64,000 nt of DNA from Klebsormidium nitens (taxonomy: Eukaryota > Plantae > Klebsormidiophyceae), in NCBI GenBank assembly GCA_000708835.1, contig DF237171.1, positions 1 to 64,000 on the forward strand. The letters are read 5' to 3'. The notes below the pieces were generated by a model, which was not told the DNA's origin, made no database searches, and saw nothing but the letters and a program-made list of their open reading frames with translations. Made by a program: the position numbers and the translations under genes. Positions 12,025-23,537 of the stretch are shown in pieces. The stretch's first letter is position 1, and each line of letters opens with the position of its first letter.

Positions 12025-13341
12025 ATGGGGTTCCTGACAGTCCCGGTCCTGGGGGTTTCTATCCTAGGTGTGATATTCACGGTGCGCTTCATTCAAGCCC
12101 TGGACGCCACCAGGCCCGAGGCAGGCTTCGTCTCGCTGCGGGATAAGCTGCACGAGCTGGCGGGGGAGCACCCAGCTGCGGGAATGAACCATGGCATCAA
12201 GGTTGAGATCATCTTTCTGATACTTGCGGTTGTGGCGGACGGCCTCGAGTGTCTCTGGACTTTCAGCGTGCTCCTAATCGATCTCTTCAGCTACTGCTCG
12301 AAGGATGGGCTGGATGACCCCCTCTTCTCTGGGATGCGCGAGCAGCTGGCCCAGTATGCTTGGAAGGCTCCCGACATCACCTATGGGAGTCAGGTCATGC
12401 GGCTCATAGTCCTGGGCAGCATTTGGAACAAGGGCGCGTTCTACGGCTTGTTCTGCTGGAGAGGGGGGGCGGTGCTGAGGTGGCAGGAGGTGGGGCCGCA
12501 CCTGCTGGAGCTCCTAGCGGGGGCCCATTCCTCCCCCTTGGGAGTACCCCCCCGGGGAGATAGCCGGAGCGGGCTACCCAACACGTGCACTTATGACGAC
12601 GTCGCCAACAGCATACGGGGCACGCTGCTCCTCTCGTTCGTCACCTTCTTCGTCGTGCTGCCAGCCAGCTACGCGGGCTGCTTGTGGAATTTCGAACGGG
12701 GATCCCTCTCGTGCGGCGGCAAGGTGGGCTACGGCCTGGTCACGGCGTGGGGGTTCGTGTGGGCGCTCGTCACCAACTTCTTGATCAACGTCAAAGTGAT
12801 GCTCTCCCTAGGGGCCCTTTTGAGCGTCCAAGCCTTCTACCTCGGCATTGACGACAACAAGCCGTTCATATTCTCCATCAGCGCCTGCCTCGTCGCGTCG
12901 GGGGCTGCCCGGAACCTCTGGGTTATGATGCAAAGCATCCTCCGCCAGACCATGTTCGAGCTGGGCTTGGTTTCGGAGGGACCCCCTGAATCCAACCGAG
13001 TAGTGGATAACACGCCCATGATGATTGCAGGCTTTTTAAGCATCGTTTTATATATCGTGTCAGCCGGGCAGCTCAAGCACTCGTCTATCCTTCGAGCGGA
13101 CCTTGCGGTTGGCATAACCTGGCTAGTATTCTCAATACTGTTCATGCGAGTTGGATTTACGCTCCTACAGCTCCCCAGTGCCTGCTCCGTTTGTGCTTTA
13201 GCCTGTTGGGTTAACATGTTGAATAACCATGTCGACGACTTGGAGGCTAACAAGAGTGACATGGAACAAGGGCCGCCTACAACAGGTCCGCCAGCGCCTT
13301 TTGAGATGGAGGCACGAGCTCCGACCAGGGTAACTCGTTAA
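12025..13341 (+). CDS. Intronless hypothetical multi-pass membrane protein (438 aa), family not recognised
   Basis: Uninterrupted ATG-to-TAA ORF of 1317 nt in an otherwise gene-free interval. It has many long hydrophobic segments (e.g. IIFLILAVVADGL, LLLSFVTFFVVLPA, GLVTAWGFVWALVTNFLI, MIAGFLSIVLYIV, LAVGITWLVFSILFM) and a polar C-terminal tail. Confidence 0.7.
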   Translation: MGFLTVPVLGVSILGVIFTVRFIQALDATRPEAGFVSLRDKLHELAGEHPAAGMNHGIKVEIIFLILAVVADGLECLWTFSVLLIDLFSYCSKDGLDDPLFSGMREQLAQYAWKAPDITYGSQVMRLIVLGSIWNKGAFYGLFCWRGGAVLRWQEVGPHLLELLAGAHSSPLGVPPRGDSRSGLPNTCTYDDVANSIRGTLLLSFVTFFVVLPASYAGCLWNFERGSLSCGGKVGYGLVTAWGFVWALVTNFLINVKVMLSLGALLSVQAFYLGIDDNKPFIFSISACLVASGAARNLWVMMQSILRQTMFELGLVSEGPPESNRVVDNTPMMIAGFLSIVLYIVSAGQLKHSSILRADLAVGITWLVFSILFMRVGFTLLQLPSACSVCALACWVNMLNNHVDDLEANKSDMEQGPPTTGPPAPFEMEARAPTRVTR

Positions 13342-14495
13342 GTTATTCAAAGGTCTTGGGCAAGAATGAAGCACACTGGTGCATGGTGCACTGAACGCCG
13401 TAGGTAGATCAAGACTTTGTGTAAATATCTTTCAAACGGTTGCCAGATCATGCACTTATTTCCGATCTTAAATCTGAGCGACTTCAATGCATCTGTTCAA
13501 TATTGAATAGAAAAATAGTGTAAGCTACCGTCTTCAATACAGGATCTGCTGCTGGCGGATCAGTAGCTAGAAATTAATGATGTTAGTCTAGTTGACCCTG
13601 AGTGTGGCAAGTTGCTCGAAAGATACTGCATCCAATCATGTTACAGAGAATATATGAACGTTTCCAGCATGGTAAATATTGTATGGTTCGAAACTTAAGG
13701 GCAACTTAGTTCCGACGCCACTGACGCCCATAAACTTGAAACTACACATGCTCATGCATTCAATATATCCGATCACTCGAAGCAGGCCTTTGTCGGATTG
13801 CATTCAAGAGTTGATAGTACTTGAATCGAGCCAGTCACTCAGTGGCTTTCAAATCAGTGCCGGTTACAGTGCAGCCTGGGTGCCGGCGGCCGCACATGAC
13901 AGCCTGGGTGCAATGTTGTGTGATGGATGACAGTCATGCATGCAATGAACCAATATCCTCAACTGATCACGAGTCAAGTAATCGTCACTTTCATATCATT
14001 GATAATTGGATATCATATATGTTCGTTCGAGCCTAGCTGGTTAAATTAACATTTATAGCATAAGAATCGAACCATAACAATGAACGTGCCATCAAATTGC
14101 AGCCCCTCATGCAAATCAGTCTTCGAGGGCCGCCCTAGGCCGGAAACTGACTCGGCCGCCCCGCAGGCCGCGCTCGATCAGTCCTGCCGCGCCTAGGCAG
14201 GCGGCAGCCTGCGCGGTGGCCGTCGGAATGGCTGGTGAATTGGCCTTAAGCAATATGGATATACTGAGTATAGTCACTGCATGCCATGGCAACCTGAGCT
14301 GCCAACGTTTGTATGGCCATTCACGAGAGCTCTTCGAATCAGATCTGACGAGTTCACTGCTTGAATGATCGCGAGTGATTAAGCTAGCTCTGGCATGAGG
14401 TGGTGATGCGACGGTTAATGCAGATTCTGAGTCATAAGTCATCCGAATTGATACTTGATCTGACGAAATTAACGTGCCACTGGGTGTTCGATGAA

Positions 14496-14535
14496 CCCTA
14501 AAACCCTAAAACCCTAAAACCCTAAAACCCTAAAA
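14496..14535. repeat. Interstitial telomeric repeat (CCCTAAAA)5, i.e. TTTTAGGG type
   Basis: Five perfect consecutive CCCTAAAA units at 14496-14535 followed by CC. TTTTAGGG is the known Chlamydomonas-type telomere repeat. Confidence 0.9.
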
Positions 14536-15734
14536 CCATTGAATGACTTGCACATGTGCATGGACCGATCCGTGTGCAATGTGGGCGGCCACGATGGCTA
14601 AGTTCGTTACAAAACACATCGATAGAGGAATCAGACCTTCGTTGGTGAATGCATATGTTCAGCATGTTGACCAACGTGATTTAGCATCAAGCGCGGACAC
14701 ATTTTTGAGAATTAAAACATGTAGTATATTAGCTAGCTGAAGCTGATCGGTTGAATGCGCACATGAAAGAATATGTAATAACGATGTCAACGTACCTCAA
14801 CCTCAAGCCTGTACGTGATCGTCGTTAGCCTCGGGCACCCTATCCGAATTAAGCCGCCGCCCTGCAAATGATTGCCACGACATGCCTCAGAGTCAGATGT
14901 CAAATATGCCGATCACAGTCACTTATGCGCCCCCAATGGTCACTTTTAGCACTCGCCGTAGTCAATAGGCCATGAGCTTCTCATGCCAGGCATACGTTTG
15001 TCATTCAGTGAGTGATGGTCGTCGATCTATCTCTGCTTATCATTGGACTGCTTAGGCTATGCATCTACCGGTTCGTCTCAACCGGATATACCTCACCAAC
15101 AGGCTGATTAGAACACCTGGTCCAGAATCACTCGTGCATGAACATATCCAAGCGACTGATACATGCATATGACCGGACCGGAAATCAATATCCCTCGCAC
15201 CTGCAATGTGCTCTAATAATTGCGCATGTGCCAATCAGTGGCGAACGACTCTGGCTTGCCTAGTTGTGCTGCACATATCCGTTGTATCATTACCATATAC
15301 TTATCATGCATATTCTGTCGTTCATCGTTTGTTGAGCTTGTTTGCATGCGCTGTACTATAGAATTGTAGATTCCGAAACATGACGTACTTGCAGTCGCAT
15401 GACAAATTGCAAAGTCAAGAAAAGCTAAATACCGTCAGGCTATGCTGGTCCAGGCTCCACGGCCAACGCGTCTAAGGGCATTGATAGATTGGAAGTTGCT
15501 CAGTAGAAGGATTTGAGCCACTGGCCCATCGTCACTTGCATAGGAACTTTGCCATGCATGTAGTACCATGTAAGCATGCCACATTTGATGCCAATCGACA
15601 AAGCTTGGCAGCGCCGTTGGTGTTGGCCAAGTGCTACAATGTGACGCCCATCAATGCTCAGTTTGTCATATGCATTGCCCGCTTGCAGCTACAAACTGCT
15701 CCGGTAGCTCCTCCTAGGGCTGCCTACCTACTTC

Positions 15735-18700
15735 CTACCCAGGCCACCTAAAGTGAAAGTTTACGACAGGGGGCTGCATGTAGGTCTGCTGGATCGAGAT
15801 CACAAACGGGAGGATCGGATGGAACACATAAGACGCCACCCTCTTGGCGCGCCCGTCTCCGGATCCGCCCTCGGGCCCCGGCTGGATCTTGAACCGGAGG
15901 GCGTTGGCCCTGCTGCGCGACATGAACTTGATGGGGTGCTCCATACACGGCTTGTGCCGCTCGGCCGCAGAGACGAGCTTCTCGTCGTAGTGGAACAGCG
16001 ACTGGTCCAGGTATGGCGACGGGCTCAGCGACTGGCACGTGAACGGCAGCAGCGCCAGTGCGCGCTTCACAACCTGCGGGAGGACAGACGTTCTTTCTGA
16101 GTCACCGCTGACGCACCGTTTGGAAGCAAAACCGTCAGGCCTTGCATGGGCGTGCGGAAAGTCCAAGGATGGAACTGCGGAAGATCCGAAGAGGCTGATT
16201 ACTCCGGCTCGTCGTAGCATGCACACGGGAGAGGGACCACAGTGGCCGGCCACCAAGAGAACCGATGCCCACGACTTTGTGCCCCCGTCCCGCAACGGGG
16301 CAGTGGGCGACAATGACAGGGGAGGGCGAGGCAGGCGCACAAGAGGGGACAACCCCACAGCTCGTGATGCACCGCTCGAATTCTGCCTGCGAGAAACAAA
16401 TACGCAAAGGCGTACTTCTCTAAGCAACCTGCTGCATGTTGGAGGCAGTGCCAGGACGACTGGGTTCCCGCCCTCAGTTGTTTCGTGCCGAGAGAGCGGG
16501 CTGCACCTGCGTGCTGCCGCCTGGCTTGCCCCCCTGCGCGGCCTCCTTCTGCTTGCGCAGGTGCTCGCGCGCGGGGTTGCTGTTGGCGGGGGAGCTGATG
16601 AAGCGCAGCCAGGCTGGTTCGTTGGGAGCTGTGCGGAAGTGGTCGCTAAATCTCTCCGCGGCGGCCAGCAGCGCTTCGCTCGTGTTTTGGAAGAAGCCCA
16701 GCACGGCCGTCGTCTCCATGTTGTACACCGCAAAGAAGGCGGCCGCCGTCGACGCGTCGCTGCCGCGCGCAGCCACGCCCTCTGCGGCACCAAACTTGAG
16801 CAGCAGGTGGTGCCTGCGAAACAGGGGGAGGCAGGGTCATGCGGGGCAGCCTCGAAGGGGCCTCCAGAGGGGAGGTCGGGCGACTGGAACAGTCGGGCCT
16901 TGGGCGCCGACCTGCGCTGACCTGAGGTGGTGCCGGCGCGTGCTTAAGCGAGATTTGGGTACGGGAGGGGTCGATGGGGGACCAGGAAAAGAGGCAGGGG
17001 AGAAGCCCGAGGCAGTGGCAGTGGCAGGGCTGCTGCTGGCCTGCCGAAGGAGTGGCGGGTGGACAGCGCCACACAAGGACCAACGCGCGAAAGGGGCGAA
17101 CGGCGACTGCGGACCAGCCGGAGGAGGCGGCAAAGGTGGGCCCAAAGGACACTGCGGCAGGAAGTGGAGGAGGCGGGGCCAGTACGGCCGCGCGCAGCCC
17201 GGGACACTCGTGCTGGGAGAGCGACGACCACAGCGAGCAGGCAGTGGGGTCGAGGCAACGGCGGCAACGAGCCCGGTCGAGATCGTGCTCGGCAGGGTGC
17301 AGGCTGCACCTCGCCGCGTATTATGGCACCGCTCGTCGATGCCGGTGCACGCGCGCGGGGCCTCACCTGTCGAGCAGCTGCAGCTTCCACATGACCAGCT
17401 CCTCGTAGTGCTGCAGGTGGTAGAACACGCGCTTCAGCCGCGCCGCGCGCGCCCCCGCGTCCGCCTCCTCGTCCTCGTACGCCTGCCGGAAGATGAACGA
17501 CAGCAGCCGCTGCTTCAGGCCGCCCAGCAGCCGGCCCCCGCCTGCGCCGTCGGCGGCGCCCTCGCCCCCGGCGGAGGGCCCCGGGGAGACGCCCTCCCCA
17601 CTGTGCGCCTCGTCCAGGCTGCCAGGCCGCCCACTCAGCCCTGCACCCAACGGGCAAGAGAGCGGGGTCAGAAAAAAAGGAGCCGACACTCCCAGCCGCA
17701 GGAGAGACCAGGCAAAGGTCGCAAGAGGCAAACTGGGCTCGCACGAGCGGGGTGCGAGAGCAGTGTCCTGCAGTGTATGGGTCCTGGTGGCAGGAGGAGC
17801 GGACATGAGGGGTTGGCTGCACGGAGCAACAGGAGACCCTCACGGAGCTTACAGGGAAGCAGCGGCAGATTGGTACCGTCAGAGCTGTCGCAAATGACCG
17901 TAAATGTGGTCTTGCGGGACTTGGTTTGGTGACAATAAAGTTGCCGGAGAATCGAAGGTTAGCGAGGGGTCCTTTACGTCTTGCAGAGCAACAGTTGGTG
18001 GCAGCGCTGCCTGATAAGAGGTGCTCCACTGGTCGCATCAATGACAGTGCGGTTGGCAAAGGATGTAGCGCAGGGACGGCTTTAGTGACTGCGTGGCGTA
18101 GGGCTGGTGCCACAGATTGGGTTCCTACACATGCTACGTGCCTCAGTGATCGAACCACCAGGAACAGACGTTCATCCGAACCTTTCATGAAGAGCCACTT
18201 GACAGCTCCGGCATGATCGTTGCTGAGCGCAAGCACAGGACCGGAACCATGAAAAAAACCTCTCGAGTAGTACCATATAAGTTCACTCAAAGTGCAGCAA
18301 CTGGGGCATGAGCAGTGACAGCAGACAGTGCCTTGACTCACCGCTGGCTGTGGCCGTGGCGGCCCCCGACAGCGGCCCCTGCTGCCGCCCCCGGGCCGGG
18401 GACACGCGCGGCGCCGTCCCGCTGTGCGGCCGGGCTCCTGAGGCGAGGCTGGTGCCCAACTGGCTGTCCCGCCCACTCCAGGCTGCAGGCAGGCCGCGGC
18501 TTGCCAGGCCGGGGGCGCTTCTCCCGGCCCCCCCCAGCAGGGAGGGGCCGCGGCCCACAGGCAGAGCGGCGCGCAGGGGGAGCGGTCGAGCAGGGCCGTC
18601 CAGGTGGCGCGCAGACGTGGCAGTGGGCATGCTGACGTCATCAAGCGGCTCGCTGGAGGTGTGGGACTGCGTGCGGCTGCTGACCACGTACTCGTACCGC

Positions 18701-21700
18701 GGCGCAGCGGACGCGGGCTGGTACGGGGAGTACAGGCCTGTGGGGGAAGGGGGAGAGCAGGACGATAGGGAAAGATCAGCAAGTGGAGACAGCCGCACTA
18801 GCGGAGGCCCGAGGGCTCAGAGCACAGAGAAAACCCGCTCGAGTGAGGATGTAGTAGCGCAGAGAGTGGGGGCCTCTGAGCTGGGGGGGGCACCTCGTGG
18901 AAATCATCGGCAGCCCATGATTTTGGCTGGCATGGCCTGGGCCCCTTGTCCCGAGAGCCACATGCACGGGTACTGCACAAGCTAGCTATGCAGCGCACCA
19001 TGTGTTCAAGGAGCACTCCCCAAACCCCGATGCTTTCAAACTCCAACCTTTGGAGATAGAGAGCTCTCTTTACGCCTGCCAAGTGTCGAAGTTTGGGCAC
19101 CACAGAGCTGTGCACCCTGCATGGTGCCTGCGCCCCACTTTGCTATCCCCACCCGCCTCCCCCTGCGTGCTCACCTGCCATCCTGCCTGCCGCCAGCAGG
19201 CCCTCGCTCGCGGCCCTGCTCCCTGGCCGTCCCTCGTTGTCGTCCCCCCCGCTGCTGGTGCTGGCCGCGCGCACCGCCCCCACTGCCTGGTGCAGGTGCG
19301 CAAACCCGCTCCGCCCAGGGACGTTCCAGAGCCCCCCCCCCTCACGCCGCCAAAACGGATGTGGCGCAGCGCCCCACAGGGGGCCCTCCGGCGGCGTGAG
19401 GGGGGCCCCCCACTCTGGCCCCAGCGGCCGCCGTGCTGGGGGCGGGTCAGCCTCGCGTGGCGCCTCCCTGAACGCTCCTCCCAGGTGCTCGATGAGGTCA
19501 CTCGTGTACACGCCCCCATGCACCGTGCGCAGGCCTTGCCCCGGCCAGCGCGGCACTGCGGTGCTGCCTGCGCGGCCGGTTCCTGCCCCATGCATGCTCT
19601 CGCCCGCCGCGGTGTGCTCCCTTTGGTCAGGGGGAGCAGCCCTGCTGCGGTGCTTTAGCGGGGGACTGCTGCCAGCTGCGGCCTGCCTGCCAAGTGTGGC
19701 CATGCCTGGCTCCTCGGGTCGCAAACGTAACCCCTCGCTATGCAACGCTAACCTCGGAGCAACAGCGGGAGGACCGCTTCCTTCGTCCTCGTCTTCGATA
19801 TTGTACACAACACCCCCTTCCAGTCCCACACCGAGCTCTTCCTCATTTCCCTGCCCATTGGGCCGCCCCCTCCCCAGCCCCTCCGCCAGCCTGATGCGCG
19901 CCCCCCCATCCGGCCCCGCCGCCTCCACCATTGCCCCTGTCCTGTTGGGCAGCCCGGCCAGTGGGCCCCCCACCCTTTCCGCTTGCACCCCCACCCGCTG
20001 CGCCTGCCCCACACCCCCCCTGTCGTCACCGCCTGCCTGTTGGCGCTGTGTGCCATTCCCAAACGGCTGGTACAGTGCCACGTGCGGCCACCTCGACGCC
20101 CCTGCGCTGCGCCCGCTGTCAGACCCAAGCTGGAGGCCGCTGCTGCCCGCCCCCCGTGCAGCCTCCCTTGCCCGTGCCGGTCCTGCCCCACCCCAGCGCT
20201 GTGTGCGCTCCTCCCCCGAGTCGCTGTCGGGCAGCTGCCAGTGCGCCTGCTCCCACGCGCTCATACGCTCGCGCCGGCTCTTGGGCCGCACTGCGCTAAA
20301 GCGCCCCATGGGGTCGTCCTCCTCGTCGGGGGGCACCATCCAGGTCCCCCCCCCGGCCAGCCCGCGCAGCCCCTCCTCCCCCACACCACTCTCCGGCAGC
20401 TGCCGATGCGCCGTCTCCCACTCGTCAGCCGCCCTCTGCAACTGCGGCCCAGCTGCCCAGCCGGCGCGCCCAGGAGGCACGCCCTGCCAGCCTGGCAACT
20501 CGGAAACCCGGCCTGCCCCCCTCTCTGAGCGCTGCTGCATGTCTGGGAGGTTTTCCACCACAAGTGTGCCTCCCTCCCTTGTCCTCCCCACCTGGCGCTT
20601 CGAGTCCACTTGCAGCCCCACCGTGCCCCCGCCCGTTTCCAGTGTGTCCGTCTGCTCCCCTTCCTCCTCGCTCTCCGTGTACGACGCTGTATGGCTGTTC
20701 GTGGGGGCCCCTCCGTGCAGCCGCATTGGTTCCGCGTCACTCTTCCCCCACAGAGGAAACGCCCCTGGCTCTCCGCTGTCCTTCTTGGCCCCCCCCACGT
20801 CCTCCCCCTCCCCCGCGCACTCTGCCTGGCCCCCCAGCAGCCCCCCCCCATACGGGAAGCGGTGCGCCTGTGCCCCTTCCTGCCCAGGCACCTCTGCTGC
20901 GCCCTCCTGGGCAAAGTCTGACGTGCACTCGTCGGTGTCGCTCAAGTCTCGTTTCCCCAGCCGCCCTGCGACGCCCCCGTCGCTCCCCAGCCTTCCCCGC
21001 TTGCCTGCCTGCGAGTAGTAGCCGTGCAGGCCCCCCCACTCATGCGAGATGCCCGCTTTTTCTGCATCCCTTTTGAGCCCCACCTGTGGCCTCGAGCTGA
21101 CCTCCCCGCGTGGTGCTTCCTCCCCTGGCCCCGCCCCCCCCTCCTCCGCTGCCTCGTCGTGCAGCCCGTCCCCGCGCCACACCTCCGCGCTGCCCCCCTG
21201 CTCCTGCTGCAGCCGCTGCCGCAGCCCCTCCAACCGTGCGTGCAGCTCGCCGTGTCCCGCCGCTGCGTTCTTTGCCGCCAGCTCCTCGTCGCTCATCCTG
21301 GCGCCCTCCCGCACCCCTTCCGGGAGCCGCTTGAAGTGTGCCGCAAAGCCCCCCCCCGCGGGCGGCGCGCTTGGGCCTGCCGCCAGGTGTGAACGCCGCC
21401 TCTCCTCCAGAATGCTCAGCATCCCTCCGTCGCGCCCTGCTGCACCACCTGCACCACGCCCGCCATTCTCTCTGCGCTCGTACGCCCGCGCACGGCTCCC
21501 CTCTGGCCCACCCTCTTTGCTTATTGGTACCCCGGGCCCAACATAGCTCCTCATTCCCGAACCTCCAACGGAAAGCACTTCCGACTCTGGTTCCCTGTCG
21601 TCCCCACCTGGACTCTCCAAGCCTCGGAACCTCCACCCCTGACGCGGCCCTCCTTGGAGTCCCCACGTCTCCGAGTCCCCCTCCAGGTCCGCACTCTCCG

Positions 21701-23537
21701 CTCTGCGCGCGCTCTCGGCCTCCACCCTGTCGGACGGGGAGTCTGACTCGTTGTCCTTGGCGGCGGTGGGTGCGGCAAGGCCGGCCCTCCTGCGCTGGCG
21801 TGCCTTGTCGCGCTGGAAGCGCACCTCCGCGTCCGCCTGCCACTGTAGCACCAGCTCGTCGTCCTCCCGGCAGTGCGGCCCAATCGTGCGCACATCCACG
21901 AAGCGCCCCGCGCCCTCACGCACCTGCGCAAACATAGAAGGGGCGTCTCCACATGAATTGCCACAGAGGGTGCACCCCGGCACCACAAATGCGGATAGCG
22001 TCTTCTGCTGCCATGCCCACCTGTGCCCGAATCACAAGATGAAGTGCTCAAAAGCAGAAATAAGGCTTTGACGAAGTCGCGCTTTTCTGTTATAAGAACG
22101 AATATCAACATCGCATGCTGCGTCACCTCAGGCTCAGCTACCAGACCAGACTGCCGCCGCACAGCGAAAGCTACCTTGAGTTGAGGGCACACAAAAGCAG
22201 TGTTCCAAGGTTTATCCGAGCTGGAGCCCGTGGCCACGGCGGCTGACCTGCAGGATGTGCACGCACTGGAAGCGCACGGAGAGCACGGCGAGCAGGTCGT
22301 CGTAGAGGAAGACGCCCGCGTTGTGGCCCAGGTGGATGAAGTCGTCGCGGAACACGCGGCGGTCCACCACCTCGCCGTCCGCCAGGCGCAGCAGGTGCAG
22401 CGTGATCACATCCGCAGCAGGCACGCCGGGGAGGGCGCCCCGCGCCGCCGCCGGGTGCGAGTCCGGTTGGGAGGACGTGGCGCAGATGACCAGCTCACCG
22501 CCCTCCGCAAGGAGGAGGAAGTCCTTGCACAGAGTCTGCACAGGGAAGGGGGCCAGCACAGGGTGAGCACGGAGACAAGCCCTCAGCAGGGGCCCGACAA
22601 GCGACGCTCAGTACAACAGCCGTGTCCGCACAGAGGAGCAATGCCACAGTGCTGACTAGCGGCACTGCCATCAACGGAAGAGCGATTGAGCTTGACTGAG
22701 ACAAGAGGCGTGCAGCCCCAAGCTGTCCAGGGCCATCCCACTCGCCGCAGGGGAGCAGCACCAGGGGCGGCCAGGTGTCCACTGGGGCGTACCTGTGCTG
22801 GCTCTGCGGCGTTGGACACAAGCGTGGTGGCATAGAGACGCGTGAAGTAGGCATCAAACTTCCTGGCCTCCGGAGGCAGCTCGCCGTCCTGCTCACCAGG
22901 CGGCAGCGGCCCGCCCAGGCCCTTGAAGCGGTACACAATCACCTCCTGCACCCCAGCAACAACAGCGGCACTTTCAGCACCGCCTCAAGAGCCGCCTGGG
23001 CCAGAACCTGTCCCTAACTCGACAGCAGCAGCGCCCAAAAACAGGGTTCTCACCTTCCTGCTCCTATATTGACAGACGAGTGAAGCAGGACTGCGCAAGG
23101 GTTTACCAAAACAACGTGGTCGTCATATCCCCAGTCGTAGGTCACAAAATTTCTGGTGCCTGGCCCTTGAGGAAAGTCATCCGAGTGGAACCAATATCCT
23201 GCCTTGCCCAAAAGATCTCGTGAAAGCAGTGTACATAGTTGGTGCTGAGGCACACTCTGCTGCTGTCAGCAGGCGGATTGGCCGCCATCCCGGGGTGCCG
23301 CGGTGGGCCGTGCCTCACCTGCTGCGTCCGGCCAAAGCATATCAGGTACTGGCCATCGCTGGTGAACTTGCGGATGCTGTGGTCCGGGCACTCCACATCG
23401 TGCACTGTGTGGTTGGGAACAATGTACTCGCATAGTTCCCGGCAGCTTCTGATCGCTGCCCCTGGCCGTGGCGTGCGAACCTCCCGCGCCCGCAGCCGGA
23501 ACAGCAGGTTGTCCTCCGGTGCGGACGAAGAGTCCAT
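15735..23537 (-). CDS. DET1: De-etiolated 1 (DET1) homolog, CUL4-DDB1 adaptor, with a very large internal insertion (~1574 aa)
   Basis: Exons 23537-23319, 22945-22793, 22535-22248, 21923-19175, 18737-18342, 17640-17367, 16813-16507, 16073-15735 (4725 nt, all phases consistent). DET1 signatures: VPNHTVHDVECPDHSIRKFTSDGQYLICF, DDFIHLGHNAGVFLYDDLLAVLS, VDVRTIGPHCREDDEL, GLKQRLLSFIFR, WKLQLLDRHHLLLKFG, SPYLDQSLFHYDEK, FHPILPFVISIQQ. Confidence 0.92.

Noticed and set aside
16039-18985. Several long overlapping ORFs (293, 498, 612 and 225 aa) around DET1 exons 5-8
   Set aside because: They cross clear DET1 introns and exons and lack recognisable domains; GC-driven stop-codon scarcity explains them.
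19093-21018. 641-aa plus-strand ORF antisense to DET1 exon 4
   Set aside because: Pro/Ser/Ala-rich with no motifs and a non-ATG start; expected shadow ORF of very GC-rich coding DNA.
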